IMG/VR virus record: IMGVR_UViG_3300045988_096677 | Coordinates: 1-40,198 of that record | Strand: one strand, 5' to 3' | Source of the DNA: a virus | Length of the DNA: 40,198 nt | Shown here: positions 23,540-32,005 of the stretch, piece after piece | Position numbering within the stretch: the first letter of the stretch is position 1 | Layout: each line of letters starts with the position of its first letter | Notes under the pieces: model-generated | What the model saw: only the letters and a program-made list of their open reading frames with translations | What the model was told of the DNA's origin: nothing | Databases searched by the model: none | Position numbers and translations under genes: made by a program

Positions 23540-25146
23540 GGCCAGAACTGCGACCCGCACTCTATTCCGCCGACACGACGGCGATCTCCAACTATGGCTA
23601 CGGCATTCTGACCGACGCTTTGGAGTGCAAGGTCAGCTGCGAGGAAAACGGAGCCTATGATCTGAGCATGATCTACCCGGTCATCGGAGCGCATTTCGAG
23701 GATCTTGTGGAGGATCGGCTGATCTCAGCCCGTCCGTCCAGTTATGAGGGAATGCAGCTCTTCCGGATCTATCGGATCTCCCGGCCATACGATGGGCGTG
23801 TACAGGTGTATGCGCACCATCTCTCGTATGACCTCAACGGCTGCATCGTCAAGCCGTTTTCGGCCAAAAAGCTGTCGGAGGCCATCACGCAGCTCAAAAA
23901 AAACATCATTGGTGACTGCCCTTTCGAGATTTCCGCCGCCTATGACAAGGAGGCGAGCTTTTCGGTCACAAAACCGATGACCCTGCGTGCTGCCATCCTT
24001 GGCAATACCAACGGCAACCTTGCGGAAACCTACGGCGGGATCTGGAGCTTCGACGGCCTGACCTGCGTACTGCGGGAGAAAGCCGAAGTCAACCGTGGCG
24101 TCCGGATCGCCTATGGCCGGAATCTGCTGGATGTGACGCAGGAAAAGAACATCGAAGAAATGTACACCCACGTTTTCCCCTACTGGTCGAGCGAGAAAAG
24201 CAAAAAATTTTACTCGATCGACCCCATCGAGATCCTGCCCGGTGCGACCCGGAAAAAGATCTATCCGCTGGACTTGTCCAGCTACTACGAGAAATCCCCG
24301 TCCGACGCCAGCATGAAAAAGACCGCGGCGGAGTTCATCGCAAAAAACGATATGGCGAAACCAACGGTCAGCATCACGGCCAAGTGGGTGCAGCTGGAAA
24401 AGTGCGTGGAGTACAGCGGCGCAGCCGACGCCGAAAAAGTGCTGCGGGGAGACACCGTCGAGGTGCGCTTTCTGCGGCTTGGGATCAGTGCGACCGCCCG
24501 GGTCACCAAAACCGATTACGACGTGCTGAAAGATCAGTACGAGGACGTTTCTCTGGGCGACGCAAAGCAGACCCTTGCCCGCACCATCGTCCGGCAGCAG
24601 AGTCAAATCACCACTTCCAACGACCGGGCAACCGACGCAAGCCGGGTGGCGACCGACTACATCGAGAAAACGGAGGGCGGAGCGGTCAATTTCGGCACCG
24701 GCGGCTATAAGTACACCATCAACAACGACGGCTTGCAGTTTTCGGGGATCCGGAACACCGTAGCCCTCTGGACGAACGGCAAATCATCCGACGGTATGGC
24801 GAAAAACACCACCGTGACCATCGACCTGAGCAGCTATGCTGCCATTGCGGTGGGGTTCGTCGACAATTTGGGTGGAATTTTCGACAGCGGAACGCTGGAC
24901 AACAACAGTGTGCAGTGGACGATCGCCGTTGTGGACGAACACCGCACCGTCCGGGCAACCTACACTTGGGACTATCCCCGCGTGCGGGATTTCGTCGTCA
25001 AAAAGACCGGCATCACGTTCGGCGCGGGCGGCTGGCTGTCATCGTCCGAGATTTCCCTGCCCGACGGCTCAAAAATCCCGCTGGGTGCGAAGCTTCACGA
25101 AAACAAAGCCTGCTGCATCCCATCCATCATCATCGGCTTCTTGTGA
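23536..25146 (+). CDS. Tail-associated protein (Tal / prophage-tail minor structural protein N-terminal region)
   Basis: ATG 23536 overlaps the Dit stop (ATGA), with SD gaggtgg. The N-terminus ...LYSADTTAISNYGYGILTDALECKVSCEENGAYDLSMIYP... is typical of siphovirus Tal proteins. Confidence 0.8.
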   Translation: MRPELRPALYSADTTAISNYGYGILTDALECKVSCEENGAYDLSMIYPVIGAHFEDLVEDRLISARPSSYEGMQLFRIYRISRPYDGRVQVYAHHLSYDLNGCIVKPFSAKKLSEAITQLKKNIIGDCPFEISAAYDKEASFSVTKPMTLRAAILGNTNGNLAETYGGIWSFDGLTCVLREKAEVNRGVRIAYGRNLLDVTQEKNIEEMYTHVFPYWSSEKSKKFYSIDPIEILPGATRKKIYPLDLSSYYEKSPSDASMKKTAAEFIAKNDMAKPTVSITAKWVQLEKCVEYSGAADAEKVLRGDTVEVRFLRLGISATARVTKTDYDVLKDQYEDVSLGDAKQTLARTIVRQQSQITTSNDRATDASRVATDYIEKTEGGAVNFGTGGYKYTINNDGLQFSGIRNTVALWTNGKSSDGMAKNTTVTIDLSSYAAIAVGFVDNLGGIFDSGTLDNNSVQWTIAVVDEHRTVRATYTWDYPRVRDFVVKKTGITFGAGGWLSSSEISLPDGSKIPLGAKLHENKACCIPSIIIGFL

Positions 25147-25155
25147 GGTGAGAAA

Positions 25156-25359
25156 ATGTATCTGATAACGTTTCTTCCCGGAACGGGTGAAATTACCTCG
25201 GCGGGGAGCATTGACCCGAACTATGCGCTGAAAACCCTGCCGGAAGGTGCGGCTTATGTAGACACCCTGCCGCCCGGCAGCCTGAGCGACTACCGGTACA
25301 TCAACGGCGCGTATGTCAAGGCCACAAAGGAGAACAACAATGCACAATATCACGATTGA
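25156..25359 (+). CDS. Hypothetical small tail-module protein (67 aa)
   Basis: SD gaggtgag upstream. Track ORF. Confidence 0.5.
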   Translation: MYLITFLPGTGEITSAGSIDPNYALKTLPEGAAYVDTLPPGSLSDYRYINGAYVKATKENNNAQYHD

Positions 25360-27787
25360 TTTCAACAACCCGGGTCTGCCGCAGGTGATCGACGTCATGC
25401 AGTCCGACGCCCAGAGCCGGTTCATCGGCCTAACGCTCTACGACGGCGGCGTGCCGTACTCCGCGCCCAGCGGCGCACAGTATACGGTGCAGTATCGCGG
25501 ATCCGGTGCCAACAACATGGGCTGGTATGACACCATCCAGCTTTCCAGCGGCACCCGCAAGGCGGTTGTTGTGTCCAGCAGCAGCCCAAACGTCGTCACC
25601 CTCGAGCTGGCAGAGCAGGCGTTGCGCGTCAACGGCAAGGTGGAGGTCTCCCTCTGCGTCGTCAACAACACCGGGTATAAGCTCAACACCTTCCCCATCA
25701 TCTGCCGCGTCACCGGTGCGCCCTACGTTGACCCCGTGTCTGTGCGGTCGTATTTCTACGTCACCGGCATCACAAACGATCAGTGGATGGCGTATGTCAC
25801 CGCATGTCAGGACGCCCAGAACCGGGCAGAAGCCGCCGCAGCAACGTTTCAAACCGACCCCACCCTCTCCGTCTCCGGCAAGGCTGCGGATGCGAAAGCG
25901 ACGGGAGATGCGGCTGGTGAGATAAAGGAAAATTTAGCCTTTTATATGAATCAAAAGCTGACATCAACATATGATTGCAAAAAAGATACAACTAGCATTG
26001 TGTTGGGAAATGTACCGATAATTGAAGGCCATTTTTATATTATACACATATGCTCAAACGATGTAGACCTTAGTGGCGCAACGATAGGACTAAAAGAAGA
26101 TAACGGAGGCAAATTTCATCCCTGGGCATCAAAACAAGATATTCATATCGGAATTATTGCTGATAAGACAGACTATGAATCGTTTGTATGGATGCATCTA
26201 AATACAGATGCTACAGTATATACTGAAATATGGGATTCATCAATCGATAAAAGCAGTTTAAAGTGGATATATGGCGCAATTGATTATGAAAGTGGTATGT
26301 ACATTATGCCATCAGATCATCGTTACAATTATAGAATTGCATACAATGCTTTTATTCCACAGTCTGTAAAACAAATAAAAGCATCAGATGGATATCAGAT
26401 TTCATTGTGGAAATATGACAAAAATGAGAATTTCATAGGGTTAGATAGTCCCGATTCATATTGGAAAAAAATATGTATATTAGACCATTCTAAATTTAAA
26501 TATAAAATCGTATTTCGTAAAGCTGATGACTCGGAAACGTTAAGATTAGGGGATTCTGAGAATATTTTGTTTTTGGAAAATATTCGTAAAATGCCATCTA
26601 TGATTATTGTAGCTGCGTCAGATTCGTCAGATAAGGATAAAGTAATCGCTGATTATGTCTGTGACGGATCTAATGACGAGGTTGAAATACAGAAAGCAAT
26701 TTCCGATTTAAATACAGCAGGAGTATGTGGTACTGTCCTATTGTGTGATGGTACTTATTTTATCGATTCATTATATTATAGTGGAAACGATACCCTTGGA
26801 TATTTTGCATTATATATGGACAATCCAAGCGTAGCACATTCTTTAATAATTAAAGGCACGGGACATCCAACGGTAACTGGCAAAACAGAAGTTGGATGTA
26901 GTGCAAAAATATACTTGACAAAAAAATCTATCGAAAATATAGATAGAGATAGACCAGTGACAATAATAGGAGCATTACCGAGTGACATTAATAATTTAAG
27001 AAAAACATATCCTAATTTATACATGTCTATTGAACATGTTGCCATCAATTATCCATCCAATGAATATGCAATAACTGGAATAAGCGGTGAATATTTATCG
27101 GGCATGTCTGTCAATGACGTATTGATATCAGTATCAGATGTTGGAGTGCTGTCAACAACACCGAACAAAAAATCTATTGGCATAAGAGGACTACCTGGAT
27201 GGAACTTTGGCGTTAACTATAGGATTGATAACGTATTTGTATTTGGGTTTGGTGTTGCATACGATATCGGCGGAGAGCATTTGATAATGTCAAGCTGCGG
27301 ATGCCGTCAATGTGATATAACATATAGATTTAATGCGTATGAACAACCAGATAAAATGTCCCATCCACAAACACTTATAAATTGCTGTGAGGAAGGATGC
27401 AAAAGAAGTATGTACTTTTGCAGATCCAATACAAAACAATCAATAAATATCGTTGATTTTAATATTGAATATAGACCGTCAGAGTTTTTTGGAAAATGGG
27501 ACAGAACTACGAAAGCAGTTGAAGAAAGACCGGGAGATTATAGAGGAAGAATAACTTATTCAGCTAATCATGAGGATTATGTAAATAGTGATGATATTGA
27601 ATTTTGGAAAGAAGGTAGTGGCTTAAATGTTAAAACTGAAAATTTAAACCACAAATTATGCGGTACAAAAGACGAAAGACCTTTAAAACCTAATTTAAAT
27701 CAACAGTTTTATGATACAACTCTTAACAAAATGCTATATTTTATAAATGGCAATTGGGTTGATGCAATGGGAATGCAGATTAAATAA
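25340..27787 (+). CDS. Receptor-binding / tail fibre protein: BppU-like N-terminal domain plus an AT-rich distal module with a pectate-lyase-like beta-helix signature (815 aa)
   Basis: ATG 25340 with SD aaggag at 7 nt. N-terminus MHNITIDFNNPGLPQVIDVMQSDAQSRFIGLTLYDGGVPY is BppU-like. Linker PTLSVSGKAADAKATGDAAGEI. Downstream motif DGSNDEVEIQKAISDLNTAGVCGTVLLCDGTYFI. Confidence 0.8.
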   Translation: MHNITIDFNNPGLPQVIDVMQSDAQSRFIGLTLYDGGVPYSAPSGAQYTVQYRGSGANNMGWYDTIQLSSGTRKAVVVSSSSPNVVTLELAEQALRVNGKVEVSLCVVNNTGYKLNTFPIICRVTGAPYVDPVSVRSYFYVTGITNDQWMAYVTACQDAQNRAEAAAATFQTDPTLSVSGKAADAKATGDAAGEIKENLAFYMNQKLTSTYDCKKDTTSIVLGNVPIIEGHFYIIHICSNDVDLSGATIGLKEDNGGKFHPWASKQDIHIGIIADKTDYESFVWMHLNTDATVYTEIWDSSIDKSSLKWIYGAIDYESGMYIMPSDHRYNYRIAYNAFIPQSVKQIKASDGYQISLWKYDKNENFIGLDSPDSYWKKICILDHSKFKYKIVFRKADDSETLRLGDSENILFLENIRKMPSMIIVAASDSSDKDKVIADYVCDGSNDEVEIQKAISDLNTAGVCGTVLLCDGTYFIDSLYYSGNDTLGYFALYMDNPSVAHSLIIKGTGHPTVTGKTEVGCSAKIYLTKKSIENIDRDRPVTIIGALPSDINNLRKTYPNLYMSIEHVAINYPSNEYAITGISGEYLSGMSVNDVLISVSDVGVLSTTPNKKSIGIRGLPGWNFGVNYRIDNVFVFGFGVAYDIGGEHLIMSSCGCRQCDITYRFNAYEQPDKMSHPQTLINCCEEGCKRSMYFCRSNTKQSINIVDFNIEYRPSEFFGKWDRTTKAVEERPGDYRGRITYSANHEDYVNSDDIEFWKEGSGLNVKTENLNHKLCGTKDERPLKPNLNQQFYDTTLNKMLYFINGNWVDAMGMQIK

Positions 27788-27908
27788 ATAAAAAGTAGTC
27801 AACAATCGAAGGGTGGTGTTGAACTAATGAAAAAAAACGACAAACCCAAAAAGCCGCACAGAATGTAACCTAAAGAGGGCTTTATCCCACTAACAGAAAG
27901 GACGTGAC

Positions 27909-28571
27909 ATGATGGCAAAAACCATATTAGATGTTTCCCGCTGGCAGGGCAGCATCGACTGGGACAAGGTCAAGGCAAGCGGCCTTGTCTCCGGTGTGAT
28001 GCTCAAGACGGTGTCCACCAACCGCAAGTTGAGCAAGCGCAAGGACGGGCTGTACATTGACCCGACCTTTGAGCGCAACTATGCCGAGTGCAAGCGGCTG
28101 GGGATCCCGGTGGGCGTGTACTACTACACCTACGCCGTCTCGCATACCAGTGCCGATGCAGAGCTTGCCCTGCTCAAGACTGCGCTGACCGGCAAGACTT
28201 TTGAGCTGCCGATCTGCGTGGATGTGGAGGACAACAAGCTCTGCAAGCTTGGCAAGCAGGCGTTGACCGACCTGACCGCGTATGCGCTGGCGACCATCGA
28301 GCAGTGGGGCTTCTATGCCCTGCTCTATACCGGGCTTAATTTCGGTGAGACCCGGCTGTATATGAGCGGTGCAGCGTTGCGCAAGTACGACGTATGGCTG
28401 GCCGCCTACCGTGCCAACAAGCCCGCCACGTCGTGGGCTTACGGGATGTGGCAGTACACCAGCACCGCCAGCGTGCCGGGCATCACGGGCAACGTGGACT
28501 TATCGCACGCTTACAAGGACTACGCCGCGATCATCGCGAAAAAGGGGCTGGACAGGCTCCTGGAGGTATAA
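27909..28571 (+). CDS. GH25 muramidase endolysin
   Basis: ILDVSRWQGSIDWDKVKASG...GVYYYTYA...DVE...WLAAY are GH25 lysozyme signatures. Confidence 0.9.
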   Translation: MMAKTILDVSRWQGSIDWDKVKASGLVSGVMLKTVSTNRKLSKRKDGLYIDPTFERNYAECKRLGIPVGVYYYTYAVSHTSADAELALLKTALTGKTFELPICVDVEDNKLCKLGKQALTDLTAYALATIEQWGFYALLYTGLNFGETRLYMSGAALRKYDVWLAAYRANKPATSWAYGMWQYTSTASVPGITGNVDLSHAYKDYAAIIAKKGLDRLLEV

Positions 28572-28576
28572 TCCGA

Positions 28577-28798
28577 ATGGATAGTATCGTCGTTGCCCTC
28601 ATTACCGGTGCAATCACGCTGATCGGCGTTCTGATTGCCAACAGCAAGAGCCAAGCCGTGACCGAAACCAAGCTGGAAGAGCTGACCCGGGAAGTCCGGG
28701 CACACAACAATTTCGCCCAGCGCATCCCTGTGCTGGAAGAACAGATGAAGGTCGCCAATCATCGCATTGCCGACCTCGAAGAAAAGGAAAGGAACTAA
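28577..28798 (+). CDS. Small membrane protein with N-terminal TM and coiled coil (lysis-associated, 73 aa)
   Basis: Internal ATG of track ORF 28394..28798. MDSIVVALITGAITLIGVLIA is the TM segment, followed by heptad-like EELTREV...EEQMKVANHRIADLEE. Confidence 0.6.
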   Translation: MDSIVVALITGAITLIGVLIANSKSQAVTETKLEELTREVRAHNNFAQRIPVLEEQMKVANHRIADLEEKERN

Positions 28799-28802
28799 TA
28801 CC

Positions 28803-29051
28803 ATGACCAACAACAAGATTTCCGCTGGAACCATCGCCCGCACCGCCGTCCTCGCGCTGGCACTGACCAATCAGATCCTGAGCGCAACCGGCCACTCCCC
28901 GCTCCCCATCGAGTCGGAGCAGCTGGAACAGATCATCACCACCGGCATTACCGTCGTCGCTTCCCTCGTGGCGTGGTGGGAGAATAACTCCTTCACGGCG
29001 GCAGCTATCCACGCCGATCACGTCCTCAATCAGATGCAGGGCAAGGAGTAA
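28803..29051 (+). CDS. Holin (82 aa)
   Basis: Internal ATG of track ORF 28767..29051. Two hydrophobic segments and the holin-typical AWWENNSFTAAA motif. Confidence 0.75.
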   Translation: MTNNKISAGTIARTAVLALALTNQILSATGHSPLPIESEQLEQIITTGITVVASLVAWWENNSFTAAAIHADHVLNQMQGKE

Positions 29052-29065
29052 GGAGGAAACACATT

Positions 29066-29332
29066 ATGATTATTACCGGCATGGCAGAATATGAAAGCGT
29101 GTGCAAGAATGCACTGGTTGAGTGGTACAACGCACACCGCGAGACCAAAATCACCCTCGAAAACGTCTTTGTGGTCTGGGCTTGCAAGTCGCTCCAGAAC
29201 TACAAGGCACTACTGTCTACCACCGTGAGCGGTGATGGTATCTATGCTGAGTACACCTACAACGGCGATAAGCAGGAGCTGTACGAGGATGTGTACGGAA
29301 AGCTGACCAATCGCTGCATCAAGCAGCTGTAA
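29066..29332 (+). CDS. Hypothetical protein (88 aa)
   Basis: SD aaggagga upstream. Track ORF. Confidence 0.6.
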   Translation: MIITGMAEYESVCKNALVEWYNAHRETKITLENVFVVWACKSLQNYKALLSTTVSGDGIYAEYTYNGDKQELYEDVYGKLTNRCIKQL

Positions 29333-29342
29333 GGAGGATATC

Positions 29343-29621
29343 ATGGCAAGCACTACATACGAGCATCCCGGTGACGTCACCGAGATGTACGCCGCACAAG
29401 AGCAATTTCGGCACATCACGAAAATGGTCTGCGATTTTGTTAAGGCCAACAAAATCGGGGTATTAAGGCTCAAATTTGAGAAAAAAATGCAAATTTTCGG
29501 TCTTAATATGGTAAAATGCGTATCTAAGCGCAACGCCGGACAGCTGCCCGAACCTTTTTGGCTCGGTGCTGCCTGTGGCGGCGGCTCGTGTGGTGCTGCC
29601 CGCTGCGCTGCAAGGACTTGA
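29343..29621 (+). CDS. Doubtful ORF (92 aa); its 3' half runs through an AT-rich promoter-like insert and overlaps the next ORF
   Basis: SD aaggagga upstream of ATG 29343 supports initiation, but the C-terminal part (GAACGGGSCGAARCAART) looks non-protein-like. Confidence 0.3.
   Translation: MASTTYEHPGDVTEMYAAQEQFRHITKMVCDFVKANKIGVLRLKFEKKMQIFGLNMVKCVSKRNAGQLPEPFWLGAACGGGSCGAARCAART
29509..29517 (+). promoter_or_regulatory. Extended -10 element TGgTAAAAT inside an AT-rich patch
   Basis: TG at 29509-29510 and TAAAAT at 29512-29517. Candidate promoter for the downstream sigma-r4-like ORF. Confidence 0.35.
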
Positions 29622-29799
29622 CCGACAGCAGATGACCGCCGCGATCAGACGCGCACCGCTTGGGAGGGTAGATCGGGAAATCGCCCGTTTGCGGTACGTT
29701 GAGCGGCTCCCGCTGCCGGACATTGCAGCGCAGACCCACTATTCCCGGCAGGCGGTCGGGTATCGCTTGCAACAGATTGCAATGACCTTGCAACTGTGA
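29566..29799 (+). CDS. Small sigma-70 region-4-like HTH protein (77 aa, GTG start, start uncertain)
   Basis: LDRQQMTAAIRRAPLGRVDREIARLRYVERLPLPDIAAQTHYSRQAVGYRLQQI resembles sigma-70 region 4 (Sigma70_r4_2). No clear SD. Confidence 0.45.
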   Translation: MLPVAAARVVLPAALQGLDRQQMTAAIRRAPLGRVDREIARLRYVERLPLPDIAAQTHYSRQAVGYRLQQIAMTLQL

Positions 29800-29842
29800 T
29801 ATAATAATCAAGGCCTCCGTTGTTGGAGACCTTGCTGTAAAA

Positions 29843-29885
29843 AGCCCCGAGGTTTCGCGTTTGCGATTCCCCGGGGCTTTTTTTA
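29843..29885. terminator. Bidirectional terminator between convergent genes
   Basis: agccccg(29843-29849)...cggggct(29872-29878), flanked by aaaa on the left and tttttattttt on the right. Confidence 0.7.
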
Positions 29886-31094
29886 TTTTTTCACGCTCTT
29901 TTTTCTTTTTTTGCCTCGCGCGGCGTTGAACTCTTCGCTGTGCTCTGCCATATACTCCCGCTTGTGCTCCCGGACGGTTTCCGGCACGACAGTTTTCGCG
30001 CACTCCGGGCAATATTTTTGCAGCCCGCTCTGGACAATATACGGCTTGCCGCAGGCCTCGCAGATGTCCTCACTGCCGATTTTGCGCGGCTTGCGCTTCC
30101 GGCGTGCTGCAGCCTGCTCCCGCTCCACTTCCGGCTTGCACTGGGGGCAGTATTTCGAGCGTGGATACCCCTCGAATTCTGCCCCGCAACGGGCGCACAC
30201 CCGCGGCCGCAGAACGCTGGACGACTTCACGGCCTTTGCGCAATCTTCGCACATATAGGAGTATTTGCTTTTCGTCCAATACAGCTTTCCGCACTGGGAG
30301 CATTTGCGCAACGCTGGCTTTTTGAGCTTCCCCTTATTTTTTCTCGCACTCTCTTCCCTGTTTTTCTCGGCTAGGGCTTCAAGATCTCTCTGGACGGCGT
30401 CTTCCCAGCCGTCATATTGTGCAAGGTACGGCCTCAATATGATGTCGTTGGCCAATCCTCTAACCTTAGCCGCTTCCTCGAGTGTGTCGAAGCGACCAAG
30501 GCAGATGGAGACCTTCCGAAACATGATTCTCGCTATGTATTTTTTTACGCGCTTGTTATAGGTGACTCCATTGACTCCCGTCGTGGAATTTTTATTGGTC
30601 TTTCCTTCCAACCGCATTTTTGCGTTCAAAAGGCTTGAGCCATCCATAATAACATGCTTATCCAACGTTGCAATCGCGCGGCTTTTTTTTCTCGAACACT
30701 TGTCGCAGGAAGTCGTTTTGAAAATCCGACGAAGATTAAGGTCGTAGTATTCTCCGCATTCAGGACATTTGACATGACCCCAAGTTTCTGTATAATAACT
30801 TTTTCGGTTTGGAAATTCCCTCAAGTATACACGCTCGACGAAAAAGCCGTTGACAGTTTTCCCTTCGTATTGTTGTTTTTTCCTTTCGAGCATATTTGAG
30901 GTTACATTTTTGACCCTTTTTTTTCGCGCACAATCTACGCAACAGAAACACTCTTTCGGGCTTCGCAGACTACCATTTTGCACATCCTGTATTTTTCCGC
31001 AGGAACAACGACATTTCGTATACCCATTCTTTTCCGAAGAGCCTATTACCGTCCACTCTTTGTATTTTTTCCCTATTACAATTTTTTCTGCCAT
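29883..31094 (-). CDS. AP2-domain DNA-binding protein with multiple CxxC zinc ribbons (403 aa)
   Basis: The start at 31094 (MAEKIV...) is preferred because the 31133 start would overlap the upstream terminator hairpin. AP2 core GVNGVTYNKRVKKYIARIMFRKVSICLGRFDTLEEAAKVR. At least three C-terminal ribbons: CSQCG..CEDC, CARCG..CPQC, CEACG..CPEC. Confidence 0.75.
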   Translation of the reverse strand: MAEKIVIGKKYKEWTVIGSSEKNGYTKCRCSCGKIQDVQNGSLRSPKECFCCVDCARKKRVKNVTSNMLERKKQQYEGKTVNGFFVERVYLREFPNRKSYYTETWGHVKCPECGEYYDLNLRRIFKTTSCDKCSRKKSRAIATLDKHVIMDGSSLLNAKMRLEGKTNKNSTTGVNGVTYNKRVKKYIARIMFRKVSICLGRFDTLEEAAKVRGLANDIILRPYLAQYDGWEDAVQRDLEALAEKNREESARKNKGKLKKPALRKCSQCGKLYWTKSKYSYMCEDCAKAVKSSSVLRPRVCARCGAEFEGYPRSKYCPQCKPEVEREQAAARRKRKPRKIGSEDICEACGKPYIVQSGLQKYCPECAKTVVPETVREHKREYMAEHSEEFNAARGKKRKKSVKK

Positions 31095-31115
31095 ATCTTC
31101 ACCGCTTTCAAAATA

Positions 31116-31143
31116 ACCCCGGGGCTCATACAAGCCTCGGGGT
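31116..31143 (-). terminator. Hairpin ACCCCGGGGC/GCCTCGGGGT downstream of the 74-aa gene
   Basis: 10-bp stem with one G-T pair. The minus-strand downstream sequence is tattttgaaag. Confidence 0.5.
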
Positions 31144-31157
31144 CTTATTGGTATCTC

Positions 31158-31382
31158 TTATTCTGCGTACTCGCCCCAGCCGCTCAGGGTGCAGGTGTTG
31201 CCGTTGCCGTCTTCCCAGCCTGCGGTGATGGGATCTTTGCCAGCGTCCAGATCGCGCTTGCACAGCTCCATATCGTCGTCATCTGCGGGGTAGATGTAAC
31301 CAAGAACCTTGTCGTCCTTGACGACCTTCAGCGCGTCACAGTTGATCTCGTAGACCTCAATACCATTTTCAAAGCTCCACAT
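31158..31382 (-). CDS. Small strongly acidic protein (74 aa), unknown function
   Basis: SD ggaggt in the duplicated 5'UTR. By my count about 18 D/E versus 6 K/R, including a DDDD run. Confidence 0.65.
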   Translation of the reverse strand: MWSFENGIEVYEINCDALKVVKDDKVLGYIYPADDDDMELCKRDLDAGKDPITAGWEDGNGNTCTLSGWGEYAE

Positions 31383-31510
31383 GATTGTTACCTCCGATTG
31401 TTTTATGTTGTTGTGTTGTTTCCCTTGCTGTGATTATAGTATAGCACAAATACCGTATTTCGTCAAGTGCTTTTTGCAAAAAAACGGTGTTTTTGCAAAA
31501 AATTATTTCA
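31380..31510 (-). repeat. Copy B of a ~130-bp duplicated promoter/5'UTR cassette (paralogue at 32252-32386)
   Basis: By-eye alignment gives about 10 mismatches over ~130 bp. It covers the start codon, SD, a CA-rich UTR, -10, -35 and two TTTTTGCAAAAA palindromes (31471-31482 and 31490-31501). Confidence 0.85.
31438..31466 (-). promoter_or_regulatory. Near-consensus sigma-70 promoter TTGACG-N17-TGcTATACT (copy B)
   Basis: Minus strand: -35 at 31461-31466, 17-nt spacer, -10 at 31438-31443 with an upstream TG. Confidence 0.65.
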
Positions 31511-31937
31511 AAAATTCCCGCAACGCTTCCAAAACCATGTCGTTTCGGCTGCGGTGTTCGACTTCCATCCTTGCGGTCAGCCGCTCTGCCAACTTTTCGG
31601 GCAGATAGATCGTAACCTTGATGTTTTGCCCTCCATCGCTGCCGCCAAAGAGCAGATCGTACTGGTCGCCGTCGAGCCGTTCCTCGACCCATTTCCGGGC
31701 GCGTTCCTCGCTGATCGGCTTGATCTTCTCACCACCAGCCCATTCGTTCTGGCCGATCTGCTCATTGTACCGGCTGGCAGCTCCACCGCAGCAGTACAGG
31801 AAATAGTTGCCAGCCTTGGTGCGGTACAGCTCTTCTTCCTCGTGATACAGCCCACGGGAGTCTCCATCGGACTCCCACCGGCCAAGCTTTTTGGCCGTCT
31901 CGGTGTTGTACCGCATCCCGTTGATAACTTTCTTCAT
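31503..31937 (-). CDS. Protein with a C-terminal ribbon-helix-helix (CopG-like) domain (144 aa)
   Basis: C-terminal NIKVTIYLPEKLAERLTARMEVEHRSRNDMVLEALREFL fits the RHH beta-alpha-alpha pattern. The N-terminal domain is unknown. Confidence 0.65.
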   Translation of the reverse strand: MKKVINGMRYNTETAKKLGRWESDGDSRGLYHEEEELYRTKAGNYFLYCCGGAASRYNEQIGQNEWAGGEKIKPISEERARKWVEERLDGDQYDLLFGGSDGGQNIKVTIYLPEKLAERLTARMEVEHRSRNDMVLEALREFLK

Positions 31938-31960
31938 TGCGATTTCCTCCGTTTAATAAT

Positions 31961-31990
31961 AGCCCCGGGGTTCATACGAGCCTCGGGGCT
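31961..31990 (-). terminator. Hairpin AGCCCCGGGG/CCTCGGGGCT downstream of the 82-aa gene
   Basis: Same arm and loop family as 31116-31143 (ccccggggYtcatacRagcctcgggg). Confidence 0.45.
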
Positions 31991-32005
31991 GTGTAAAGTC
32001 CTGTG

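Noticed and set aside
25340-27787. Diversity-generating retroelement targeting the fibre gene.
   Set aside because: No reverse transcriptase ORF exists anywhere in the genome, and I saw no template/variable repeat pair flanking the fibre 3' end.
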